From the NCBI RefSeq assembly GCF_900770955.1, contig NZ_CAAGLX010000021.1, forward strand, positions 85,631-109,630: a DNA stretch of 24,000 nt. The letters are read 5' to 3'. A program made the translations under genes and the position numbers. This document shows, piece after piece, positions 16,031 to 24,000 of the stretch (position 1 is its first letter; the number at the start of each line of letters is the position of its first letter). The notes under the pieces are model-generated. The model was not told where the DNA came from. It ran no database searches and saw only the letters and a program-made list of their open reading frames with translations. The stretch is from an uncultured Phascolarctobacterium sp. GTDB taxonomy: Bacteria; Bacillota; Negativicutes; Acidaminococcales; Acidaminococcaceae.

Positions 16031-17946
16031 TGATGGAACATCTCAACATGCAATCTATGGATAAGGTTGCAGCAAACGTAGCCAAGATAAGGGAGCTATT
16101 CCCTAATTGCGTAACGGAAATAATCAATAAAGAGGGCAAGCTGGAGCATGCCATTGATTTTGATATGCTGAAACAGGAGCTTAGTGACCATGTTGTAGAT
16201 GGTTTGCAGGAACGCTATCAGTTCACTTGGCCGGATAAACGCAAGGCTATTCTTGCTGCTAATGCGCCGATTAATAAGACCTTGCGCCCCTGCAGAGAGG
16301 AGAGCGTAGACTTCGATAATACGGAGAACCTTTATATTGAAGGCGATAATCTGGAAGTGCTCAAGCTGCTGCAGGAAACGTATTTGGGCAAGGTGAAGAT
16401 CATTTATATTGATCCGCCGTATAATACAGGTAAGGATTTTGTTTATAATGATGATTTTAAGCAAAGCCTAGATGAGTATGTTGAAAACAGCGGACAGTTA
16501 GATGATGATGGCAATCGTCTTGTAGCTAATACAGAAAGCAATGGTCGTTTTCATACTGATTGGCTTAATATGATGTATCCAAGGTTGAAGCTGGCGAAGG
16601 ATTTATTGAGTGAAGATGGTGTTATTTTTATTAGTATAGATTCTATTGAATGTTCAAATTTACGTAAAATATGTGATGAAATATTTGACGTAGAAAATTT
16701 TATATGTAATGCAATTTGGAGATCTTCAGATAATAGCAATAATGATGCAAAAAAATTCTCTAATGATTATAATTCAACACTAATATATAGTAAGAACGCT
16801 TTATGGCAACCTCGAAAACAAGAAGATCCTGAAAAAAGAAAACATTTTAAAAATCCGGATAATGATCCTAAAGGAGCATATTTTGATGGTAATCCATTAA
16901 ATTCACCTAACTACAGAGAAAACTTGAGATATAATATTGTTTCACCTTCTGGAAAGATAATATATCCACCCAAAAATGGTTGGAGATGGTCAAAAGAAAC
17001 TATGTTGGAAAAAATTCGTACAGGTGAAATAAGATTTAATAAAGATGAGAATAACATAAAACGTAGAACTTATCTTTGTGATATGAAAGGATTACCACCT
17101 TCAAATTTGTGGATAGATTTTACGAGAACTGGGCATAATCGGCAAGCTAAATATGAGTTATTAAGTATATTGCCAGAAGATGTATTTGATACTCCGAAAC
17201 CGGTTTTGTTAATAAAATACATATTGAAATTAGTAGACGATTCAAAAAATGCGATTGTTATGGATTTTTTTAGTGGATCAGCTACTACTGCTGATGCAGT
17301 AATGCAAATGAACAATGAGGATTCTGGCAAGAGAAAATATATTTTAGTACAATTACCTGAAAATCTTGATTATAGTTTAGTCCATGCTTCGAATGATGGT
17401 AAAAAGACAATAGAAAATGCAATTGCATTATGCGATAAACTTAAAAGAAAACATCTTCTAACAGAAATAGCGAAGGAGCGCATCCGTCGTGCCGGCCAAA
17501 AAATCAAAGACGAAAATCCGCTGACAACACAGGATTTGGATATTGGCTTCCGTGTTTTGAAATGCGACAGCAGCAACATGGAAGATGTGTACTTCACACC
17601 GAAGGAATACATGGATAAACAGCAGAATTTGTTTGTCGATAATATTAAAGCAGACCGTAGCGACGAGGATTTGCTGTTTGATGCTATGCTGAAGCTGGAT
17701 ACGCCGCTTTCCAGTAAAATCGAAAAAAGAAGCATTGCCGGCAAAACTGTTTACAATGTGGCACAAGGTCATTTAATGGCATGCTTTGACAAGGATGTGA
17801 CGGATGAGGTTATCACCGCCATTGCCAAAGAAATGCCAAGCTATTTTGTTATGCGTGACAGCTCGCAGGCAGATGACAGCGTTGCAATTAACTTTGAGCA
17901 GATTTTCAACACCTATAGTCCGCAAACTGTGAGGAGGGTGCTGTAA
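16030..17946 (+). CDS. mod: Type III restriction-modification Mod subunit (beta-class N6-adenine DNA methyltransferase predicted)
   Basis: The start overlaps the upstream stop (TAATG). The N-terminus ERYQFTWPDKRKAILAANAPINKTLRPCREESVDFDNTENLYIEGDNLEVLKLL is characteristic. Motif IV DPPY (16411-16422) precedes motif I DFFSGSATT (17263-17289), and a conserved C-terminal region follows. Confidence 0.9.
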   Translation: MMEHLNMQSMDKVAANVAKIRELFPNCVTEIINKEGKLEHAIDFDMLKQELSDHVVDGLQERYQFTWPDKRKAILAANAPINKTLRPCREESVDFDNTENLYIEGDNLEVLKLLQETYLGKVKIIYIDPPYNTGKDFVYNDDFKQSLDEYVENSGQLDDDGNRLVANTESNGRFHTDWLNMMYPRLKLAKDLLSEDGVIFISIDSIECSNLRKICDEIFDVENFICNAIWRSSDNSNNDAKKFSNDYNSTLIYSKNALWQPRKQEDPEKRKHFKNPDNDPKGAYFDGNPLNSPNYRENLRYNIVSPSGKIIYPPKNGWRWSKETMLEKIRTGEIRFNKDENNIKRRTYLCDMKGLPPSNLWIDFTRTGHNRQAKYELLSILPEDVFDTPKPVLLIKYILKLVDDSKNAIVMDFFSGSATTADAVMQMNNEDSGKRKYILVQLPENLDYSLVHASNDGKKTIENAIALCDKLKRKHLLTEIAKERIRRAGQKIKDENPLTTQDLDIGFRVLKCDSSNMEDVYFTPKEYMDKQQNLFVDNIKADRSDEDLLFDAMLKLDTPLSSKIEKRSIAGKTVYNVAQGHLMACFDKDVTDEVITAIAKEMPSYFVMRDSSQADDSVAINFEQIFNTYSPQTVRRVL

Positions 17947-20900
17947 TGAAGTTCAGTTTTAAAATTCAGCAGTACCAGACAGATGCTGTTAATGCAGTAG
18001 TGGATGTGTTCAAGGGACAGGTGCGCCCTGCGCAGGATAGCAGCTACTTTTTTGATCCGGGAAAACTGGTGCCGGTGAAAACAAAAAAAGCAAAGAATAC
18101 AAGTGGCTATAATTTATTTCAGCAGGAGCTGGATGAACAGGAAGCCAAGCAGGATATTATTCTTGGTTATGCCAACGCGCCTATCAAATTGGATAAAACT
18201 CAGCTTTTGGAGAATATCAAGCTTATTCAAGGCAATAACAATATAACTCCGTCTAAAGAGCTTATAGAAGGTCAAGGCAAATGCAGTCTTGATATCGAAA
18301 TGGAAACAGGTACAGGCAAAACCTATGTCTATATCAAAACCATGTTTGAGCTGAATAAGCAATATGGCTGGAACAAGTTTATTATCATCGTGCCTTCTGT
18401 CGCAATTCGTGAAGGTGTCAGGAAAAGCTTTGAAATGATGGAAGAGCATTTCATGAGCCAGTATGGCAAGAAAGTGCGTTATTTCATCTATGACAGTAAG
18501 AATTTGACGAAGATAGATGATTTTGCCAAAAGCAACGAAATCAACGTAATGATTATTAATAATCAAGCTTTTGCCAAGTCTTTGAATGAGGAAAAGAATA
18601 AAGAAGGCCGTGGCGGTGATAAGGGTGCATTGATTATCTACAGTGAACGTGATGATTTTGGTTCACGCAAGCCTATTGATGTTATCGCCAAAACTAATCC
18701 TATTTTGATTCTAGATGAACCGCAGAAGCTGAATGGTCCTGCTACGCAAAAAGCAATGAAGCGCTTTAATCCGCTTTTTAGCGTCAATTATTCTGCTACG
18801 CATAAACAGGAGCATAACGAAGTATACCGTTTAGATGCGCTTGATGCCTACAATCATAAGCTGGTCAAAAAGATAGAGGTTAAGGGTATTGAGGTTGTAA
18901 ATCTCAAAGGCATTGACGGTTATCTTTACTGCGACAGCTTTGTAACCAGCAAAGATAAAGCACCTATGGTAAAGCTGGAATTTGAACAGCAGCTGAAAAG
19001 CGGTACTGTCAAGCGTGTTTTACGCAATTGTTCCTATGGAGATAATCTGTACGAGCTTTCTAACGGCATGCTGCAGTACGAAGGCTATAAAATCAGTGAA
19101 ATTGATGCCAGCGATACCGGTTGCGTAAGATTTACTAACGGCGAAGAATTACATAGCGGTGAAGTAGCCAACAACAGTCAGGAAATGGCAAACTTACGTC
19201 GTGTGCAGATTCGTGAAACTATAAAATCTCACTTTGAAAAGGAAGAACAGCTTTTTGCGCAGGGCATCAAAACCTTATCGCTATTTTTTATTGATGAGGT
19301 TGCCAAGTACAGATTATATGACGAAGATGGCACACAAAAGCTGGGCGAATACGGTAAAATCTTCGAAGAAGAATATCAGAAAATATTTAGAGATAGGATG
19401 CAGGAGCTTTATCAAACGCCTTATGGTGAATATTTGAGAAATATGGCTGCAGATGTAAGCGTTGTACATACAGGCTACTTCAGTATTGATAAAAAAGGTC
19501 ATAGCGTTGACAGTAAATGCGAACGTGGCAAGGATACTTCTAACGATGAATCTGCCTATGATTTGATTATGCGTAACAAAGAAGCACTGTTAAGCTTTAA
19601 TAATCCTGTACGTTTTATTTTCTCTCACTCCGCATTGCGTGAAGGCTGGGATAACCCCAATGTTTTTCAAATCTGTACCCTGAAGCAGTCCAACAGCAAT
19701 GTCAATAAGCGTCAGGAGGTCGGTCGTGGTATGCGTATCTGTGTTAATCAGCAGGGTGAGCGCATGGACGAAAGCGTATGCGGAGCTAATGTGCATATTG
19801 TTAATAAGCTGACGGTTATTGCCAGCGAAAGCTATGCCGGTTTTGTCGACAGCTTGCAGGATGAAATCAAAAAAGCTCTGTATGAACGTCCTGAAAAGGT
19901 ATCTATAGAGTACTTCTTTGGCAGAGTAGTAAAGGTTGGCGATGAAACTTATAAAATTGAAGGCGAGCAAGCTCGTCAGATAGTGAAATATCTTGACAGA
20001 CATGATTATCTTGACGATGATGACAGAATCACCGAAAAATATAAGCAGGATGCTGCCAACGGTACTTTGGAGCCTGTGCAGGATAAGCTTAAGGATATTG
20101 AGCCTGCTGTACATGTGCTGATTAAGAGCCTGTATGATAATGATTCACTTAAGGATATGATTACTAACGGTAATCAGACAACCGTTGAAAACAAGCTCAA
20201 CAATAAGAATTTTGAAAAGCAGGAATTTCAGGAGCTGTGGAAGCGTATCAACCGTAAGTGCGCTTATACCGTAAAGCTTGATAGCAATGAGCTGATTGAC
20301 AAGGCTGTAGCAGCAATTGATGCTAAGCTGCAGGTTACTCAAACACTTTATACCTTGAGCGTCGGAGATCAGAAGAATACTATGCAGGCGCATGAATTAG
20401 AGCAAAAAACCAGCTTTGTATCACCCGCGCATACTACAAACGTATTGGATAATGCTCATGACAGCAGCTTGAAGTATGATTTGCTGCACGAGCTGACGCA
20501 GCGAACATCGCTGACACGTCGCACGGTTGCTGCTATTTTGAGCAGAATCAATATGATGAAGTACATGAAGTTCCGTGATAATCCGGAAGAGTTTATCAGT
20601 AAGGTTGCACGTCTGATTAATGAACAGAAGGCAGGCCTGATTGTAGAAGGCGTTACCTACAATACGACAAATGAAGTATTTGACAAAGAAATTTTTACGG
20701 CAGAATGTCATCGTGTAGCTTTGTCAAAAGTATTTCCTGCGCTGCGTGCTGTAACTGATTACGTTGTTACTGATGGCATAGCCGAGCAGAGTGTAGAGCG
20801 CAAATTTGTTGAAAATCTGGATAAAGCAGATGAAGTTGCAGTATATGCAAAGCTTCCGCGTGGATTTTACATCCCAACGCCTGTAGGTAAATATTCGCCG

Positions 20901-21113
20901 GACTGGGCAATTGCTTTCAAAGAGGGTAAAATTAAGTACGTATATTTTATTGCTGAAACCAAAGGAACAAATGAAAGTACGGAACTGAAATCTATGGAGC
21001 AGGCAAAAATTAAATGTGCCGAGAAGCTTTTTGAAAAGCTTTCCAACGGCGAAGTGCATTACGGTCAGGTAAAGGATTACAAGAGCCTGATGGATATTGT
21101 ACTGGATAAATAA
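17946..21113 (+). CDS. res: Type III restriction enzyme Res subunit (SF2 helicase plus C-terminal PD-(D/E)xK nuclease)
   Basis: The start overlaps the mod stop (TAATG). Motifs: ETGTGKT Walker A (about 18300-18326), DEPQ (18714-18725), SATH, ALREGWDNPNVF and QEVGRGMRI. The nuclease motif is PDW (D at 20901-20903) ... AETKG (E at 20955-20957, K at 20961-20963). Confidence 0.9.
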   Translation: MKFSFKIQQYQTDAVNAVVDVFKGQVRPAQDSSYFFDPGKLVPVKTKKAKNTSGYNLFQQELDEQEAKQDIILGYANAPIKLDKTQLLENIKLIQGNNNITPSKELIEGQGKCSLDIEMETGTGKTYVYIKTMFELNKQYGWNKFIIIVPSVAIREGVRKSFEMMEEHFMSQYGKKVRYFIYDSKNLTKIDDFAKSNEINVMIINNQAFAKSLNEEKNKEGRGGDKGALIIYSERDDFGSRKPIDVIAKTNPILILDEPQKLNGPATQKAMKRFNPLFSVNYSATHKQEHNEVYRLDALDAYNHKLVKKIEVKGIEVVNLKGIDGYLYCDSFVTSKDKAPMVKLEFEQQLKSGTVKRVLRNCSYGDNLYELSNGMLQYEGYKISEIDASDTGCVRFTNGEELHSGEVANNSQEMANLRRVQIRETIKSHFEKEEQLFAQGIKTLSLFFIDEVAKYRLYDEDGTQKLGEYGKIFEEEYQKIFRDRMQELYQTPYGEYLRNMAADVSVVHTGYFSIDKKGHSVDSKCERGKDTSNDESAYDLIMRNKEALLSFNNPVRFIFSHSALREGWDNPNVFQICTLKQSNSNVNKRQEVGRGMRICVNQQGERMDESVCGANVHIVNKLTVIASESYAGFVDSLQDEIKKALYERPEKVSIEYFFGRVVKVGDETYKIEGEQARQIVKYLDRHDYLDDDDRITEKYKQDAANGTLEPVQDKLKDIEPAVHVLIKSLYDNDSLKDMITNGNQTTVENKLNNKNFEKQEFQELWKRINRKCAYTVKLDSNELIDKAVAAIDAKLQVTQTLYTLSVGDQKNTMQAHELEQKTSFVSPAHTTNVLDNAHDSSLKYDLLHELTQRTSLTRRTVAAILSRINMMKYMKFRDNPEEFISKVARLINEQKAGLIVEGVTYNTTNEVFDKEIFTAECHRVALSKVFPALRAVTDYVVTDGIAEQSVERKFVENLDKADEVAVYAKLPRGFYIPTPVGKYSPDWAIAFKEGKIKYVYFIAETKGTNESTELKSMEQAKIKCAEKLFEKLSNGEVHYGQVKDYKSLMDIVLDK

Positions 21114-21229
21114 AACCACAACCGAATATGGCATAAATCACGCTGATAGTTTGCTTGTGCCTATGTGTACACTCTTTTTGTAAAATCTTTACACTTGCCG
21201 CTATAAGAACAGGCTAATAATTTTCTTCA

Positions 21230-21258
21230 TTGACAAATAGCAGTAACAGTAATATAAT
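21230..21258 (+). promoter_or_regulatory. Consensus sigma-70 promoter of the lysine-riboswitch operon
   Basis: TTGACA (21230-21235), exactly 17 nt, then TATAAT (21253-21258). Confidence 0.65.
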
Positions 21259-21280
21259 TTTTTTAATAGCAAACCATTAA

Positions 21281-21434
21281 GATAGAGGCGCGGAAAGCAT
21301 GAGTAGGTTGTGGAGCGGGAGCTGAGAAGCATCACAAAAGGGCTAACGCCGAAGTGCAATGGCAGCCGTGTCGTTGTGCTGGGCCGTCAGTGAAAGCTGC
21401 CGGACTGTCGCTGCATCTGCAGCGGAGGGCTATC
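21281..21434 (+). promoter_or_regulatory. Lysine riboswitch (L-box) aptamer
   Basis: The conserved L-box blocks occur in order: GAUAGAGGCGCG, GAGUAGG, GCCGAAG, ACUGUC and GGAGGGCUAUC. P1 forms from GAUAG...CUAUC. The element lies upstream of lysine-biosynthesis genes. Confidence 0.8.
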
Positions 21435-21466
21435 TCGGCTATGGGTGTGAATATTATTTAGCATGC

Positions 21467-21513
21467 TAACCGTTGAGATAGAATCCAAAGGAAATATCTC
21501 AACGGTTATTTTT
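21467..21513 (+). terminator. Riboswitch expression-platform terminator
   Basis: TAACCGTTGAGATA (21467-21480) pairs with TATCTCAACGGTTA (21495-21508), followed by TTTTT. GAGATAG (21475-21481) can pair instead with the P1 3' strand CTATCTC (21429-21435) to form an antiterminator. Confidence 0.85.
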
Positions 21514-21533
21514 ATGATTAAGGAGTGAACGAC

Positions 21534-22304
21534 ATGATTCGTGTTTTGGTAAATGGTGCGCTGGGCCGCATGGGCAGCGAGGTATGTAAAAAGGTATATA
21601 GCGAAGCTGATTTGGAGCTTGTCGGTGCTGTAGATATTAAGGAAGGCACCGTGACTCTGGGTGACGGCGTTAAGGTAACTACTGACCTGGTTGCTGCGAT
21701 TGAGGCTGCCAAACCGGATGTTGTTGTTGACTTCACCCGTCCCGATGTTGTTATGGGCAACCTGCGCAAAATGCTGCCGCTTGGCGTACATGCCGTAGTT
21801 GGCACAACAGGCTTCAGCGATGCGGACTTAAAAGAGGTTGATGAGCTGGCACGCAAGCACAACACCAGCCTGCTGATTGCTCCGAACTTTGCGCTTGGCG
21901 CAGTTGTGATGATGAAGCTGGCGTGTGAGGCTGCCAAATACTTCCCGCATGTGGAAATTATCGAGAAGCATCACGATAACAAGCTGGATGCTCCGAGCGG
22001 TACTGCTATTATCACTGCACAAAAAATTGCTGAGGTGCGCAAGGCAATGCACCAAGGCAATCCTGATGAAAAGGAAACCATGGCAGGTGCACGCGGTGCC
22101 GATTACGAGGGCATGAAGATTCACAGTGTCCGCTTGCCGGGTTACGTTGCTTCCCAGGAGGTTATCTTCGGCGGTCAGGGCGAAACGCTGAAAATCAGTA
22201 CCGACCCGATTAACCGCGAATGCTACATGCCGGGCGTTGCGCTTGGCTGCCGCAAAATTGTTGACCAAGTAGGCCTGGTATACGGCTTAGATAAATTACT
22301 CTGA
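21534..22304 (+). CDS. dapB: 4-hydroxy-tetrahydrodipicolinate reductase
   Basis: The ATG at 21534 lies 8 nt after AGGAG (the track's GTG at 21525 overlaps the RBS). Motifs: VNGALGRMG and EKHHDNKLDAPSGTA. Confidence 0.93.
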   Translation: MIRVLVNGALGRMGSEVCKKVYSEADLELVGAVDIKEGTVTLGDGVKVTTDLVAAIEAAKPDVVVDFTRPDVVMGNLRKMLPLGVHAVVGTTGFSDADLKEVDELARKHNTSLLIAPNFALGAVVMMKLACEAAKYFPHVEIIEKHHDNKLDAPSGTAIITAQKIAEVRKAMHQGNPDEKETMAGARGADYEGMKIHSVRLPGYVASQEVIFGGQGETLKISTDPINRECYMPGVALGCRKIVDQVGLVYGLDKLL

Positions 22305-22323
22305 TAGTGAGGGGGAAAATGTT

Positions 22324-23361
22324 ATGAAAAAGTATAACGTTGCTATTTTGGGCGCTACCGGTGCTGTTGGTACTGAATTTCTGAAGCTTATCGAAGAAAG
22401 AAACTTCCCGTTTGCCGAGCTGCGTCTGCTTGCTTCCAAGCGCAGCGCAGGCAAGCAGATTGAATTTATGGGCAAGACATATACTGTACAGGAGGCTACC
22501 AAGGACTCCTTCGAGGGCATTGATATCGCTCTGTTCGCAGGCGGCAGCATTTCCAAGGAGTTCGCTCCCTACGCTGTAAAGGCCGGTGCCGTTGTTATTG
22601 ATAACTCCAGCACCTTCCGTATGGATCCAGAGGTGCCGCTGGTTGTGCCGGAGGTTAACCCCGAGGATATCCTGAAGCACAAGGGCATTATCGCCAACCC
22701 CAACTGTTCTACCATTATTATGGTTATGGCACTGAAACCGCTGTATGACCTGGCACGCATTAAACGCATTGTCGTTTCTACCTATCAGGCTGTTTCCGGC
22801 GCCGGCAAGGAGGGCATTGACGAGCTCACCGACCAGACCAAGGCTTACAGTGAGGGCCGTGAGATGGAGGCACACATTCTTCCGTCCGCAAGCCTGCCGA
22901 AGCATTATCCGATTGCTTTTAACCTGATTCCGCAGATTGATGTTTTCCTTGACAATCTTTACACTAAAGAAGAGATGAAGATGATCAACGAAACCAGAAA
23001 GATTATGCATGATGACGAAATGCGCATCACCGCTACTACCGTGCGTGTGCCTGTATACCGCAGCCACAGCGAATCGGTAAACATCGAATTTGAGCATGAT
23101 CTGGAGCTGCAGGATATGGCAGCTGCAATCAACGCTTTCCCCGGCATTCAGATGATGGATGATCCGTCCAACCAGATTTATCCGATGCCTTTATATACCT
23201 CAGAAAAATATGACTGCTTCGTTGGCCGTCTGCGTCGCGATGAGTCTAACCCGAACACCTTCAACCTGTGGGTAGTAGGCGACCAGATCCGCAAGGGTGC
23301 TGCGCTGAACACGCTGCAGATTGCTGAGGTTATGATTAAAAACGGCTGGTTAGAAAAATAA
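22324..23361 (+). CDS. asd: Aspartate-semialdehyde dehydrogenase
   Basis: GAGGGGG RBS. Motifs: GATGAVG, the active-site NPNCSTI, and QAVSGAG. Confidence 0.95.
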   Translation: MKKYNVAILGATGAVGTEFLKLIEERNFPFAELRLLASKRSAGKQIEFMGKTYTVQEATKDSFEGIDIALFAGGSISKEFAPYAVKAGAVVIDNSSTFRMDPEVPLVVPEVNPEDILKHKGIIANPNCSTIIMVMALKPLYDLARIKRIVVSTYQAVSGAGKEGIDELTDQTKAYSEGREMEAHILPSASLPKHYPIAFNLIPQIDVFLDNLYTKEEMKMINETRKIMHDDEMRITATTVRVPVYRSHSESVNIEFEHDLELQDMAAAINAFPGIQMMDDPSNQIYPMPLYTSEKYDCFVGRLRRDESNPNTFNLWVVGDQIRKGAALNTLQIAEVMIKNGWLEK

Positions 23362-23471
23362 TAATGCACCTCTGCGGTGTAAAGACTACCGGCGTACAGC
23401 TTGTACGCTACAGCCTTTCCGGCATCCGGTACATTTTGCATTTTAATTCAAACAGATGAGGAGCAATTTAC

Positions 23472-24000
23472 ATGAAAATCATTGTACAGAAATTCGGCGG
23501 CACCTCTGTTGCAAGTGAGGAAACCCGCATTGCAGTTAAAAATAAGGTACAGCAGGCTATCCGCAACGGTTACTCCCCGGTAGTAGTAGTTTCCGCAATG
23601 GGACGCAAGGGTGCGCCCTACGCGACCGATACTCTTATCGGCACTCTGAAGGACGTTAACCTTTCCGTTAATGTGCGCGAGATGGATATGATGATGTGCT
23701 GCGGCGAAATCATTTCTGCCTGCGTAATGGCAGCAACGCTGCAAAAATTCGGCATCAACGCTATGGCGCTCACCGGCGGTCAGGCAGGCATCGTTACTGA
23801 TTCCCAGTTTGGTGCTGCACGTATCAAAAACATCAATACCTCCGGTCTTATCCGTCTTTTGGAGGCAGGCATCATTCCGGTTGTCTGCGGTTTCCAGGGT
23901 ATGACGGAAAACAACTATAAATTTACGACATTGGGCCGCGGTGGCAGCGATACCTCTGCTGCTGCACTGGGCGCTGCGCTCAAGGCTGATTTTGTTGAAA
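23472..24000 (+). CDS. Aspartate kinase (3' end outside window)
   Basis: This ORF is absent from the track because it is open-ended. The ATG at 23472 follows GAGGAG. My translation begins MKIIVQKFGGTSVASEETRIAVKNKVQQAIRNGYSPVVVVSAMG..., with the KFGGTSV signature. The frame stays open to 24000. Confidence 0.9.
   Translation, partial: MKIIVQKFGGTSVASEETRIAVKNKVQQAIRNGYSPVVVVSAMGRKGAPYATDTLIGTLKDVNLSVNVREMDMMMCCGEIISACVMAATLQKFGINAMALTGGQAGIVTDSQFGAARIKNINTSGLIRLLEAGIIPVVCGFQGMTENNYKFTTLGRGGSDTSAAALGAALKADFVE

Larger units (their letters stand above)
10940..21229. other. Lower-GC accessory block (genomic island without recognisable mobility genes)
   Basis: By eye and by hand counts of individual lines, GC is about 35-45% here versus about 50-60% in the flanking housekeeping genes. 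The block starts right after the rpsO terminator and ends at the promoter of the lysine-riboswitch operon. Its content is defence-type. Confidence 0.55.

Noticed and set aside
16030-17946. Search for simple-sequence repeats inside mod, the classic phase-variation mechanism of Type III systems
   Set aside because: I saw no tetra- or penta-nucleotide arrays and no long homopolymers in the coding sequence. The only notable tract is the promoter G7, reported separately.
21114-21229. Terminator for the res gene
   Set aside because: Only a weak AT-rich TGTAAA-atc-TTTACA stem and the palindrome GTGTACAC are present. There is no convincing GC-rich hairpin with a U-run, so no terminator is called.
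10900-21300. Integrase, transposase, att direct repeats or CRISPR arrays associated with the island
   Set aside because: No ORF has recombinase motifs. The only sequence shared between the edges is a 7-mer (TGCTTGT), which is not significant. No spaced repeat array occurs anywhere in the window.
21387-21937. Two minus-strand ORFs (134 and 139 aa)
   Set aside because: They overlap the lysine riboswitch, its terminator and the 5' end of dapB. They are antisense artefacts.

Overview
The window has three parts. (1) 1-10939 is a conserved housekeeping block typical of Firmicutes. It holds a partial TonB-family gene, a minus-strand class I aminotransferase, then rimP-nusA-ylxR-ylxQ-infB-rbfA-nrnA-truB-ribF and a separately promoted rpsO with a clean terminator. 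A TonB gene beside a Firmicute-style nusA/infB operon suggests a diderm Firmicute (Negativicutes-like); this is a low-confidence inference. (2) About 10940-21229 is a lower-GC accessory block with no integrase and no flanking repeats that I could find. It contains an AT-rich non-coding stretch with a minus-strand sequence that fits the full type III hammerhead ribozyme consensus. A 43-codon hydrophobic ORF lies just downstream of that ribozyme. Next come a small XRE-type HTH gene, a divergent regulatory region with two palindromes, and a four-gene translationally coupled operon. The operon encodes an SNF2 helicase with a His-less PLD-like N-domain, a 204-aa DUF4391-like protein, a Type III Mod methyltransferase and a Type III Res helicase-nuclease. 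This operon is my best candidate for an uncharacterised composite defence system. The mod gene is compositionally mosaic. (3) 21230-24000 holds a consensus promoter, a lysine riboswitch with terminator/antiterminator, then dapB, asd and the 5' part of an aspartate kinase. All calls come from reading the sequence and the ORF track. No database search was run, so family assignments rest on motif recognition.
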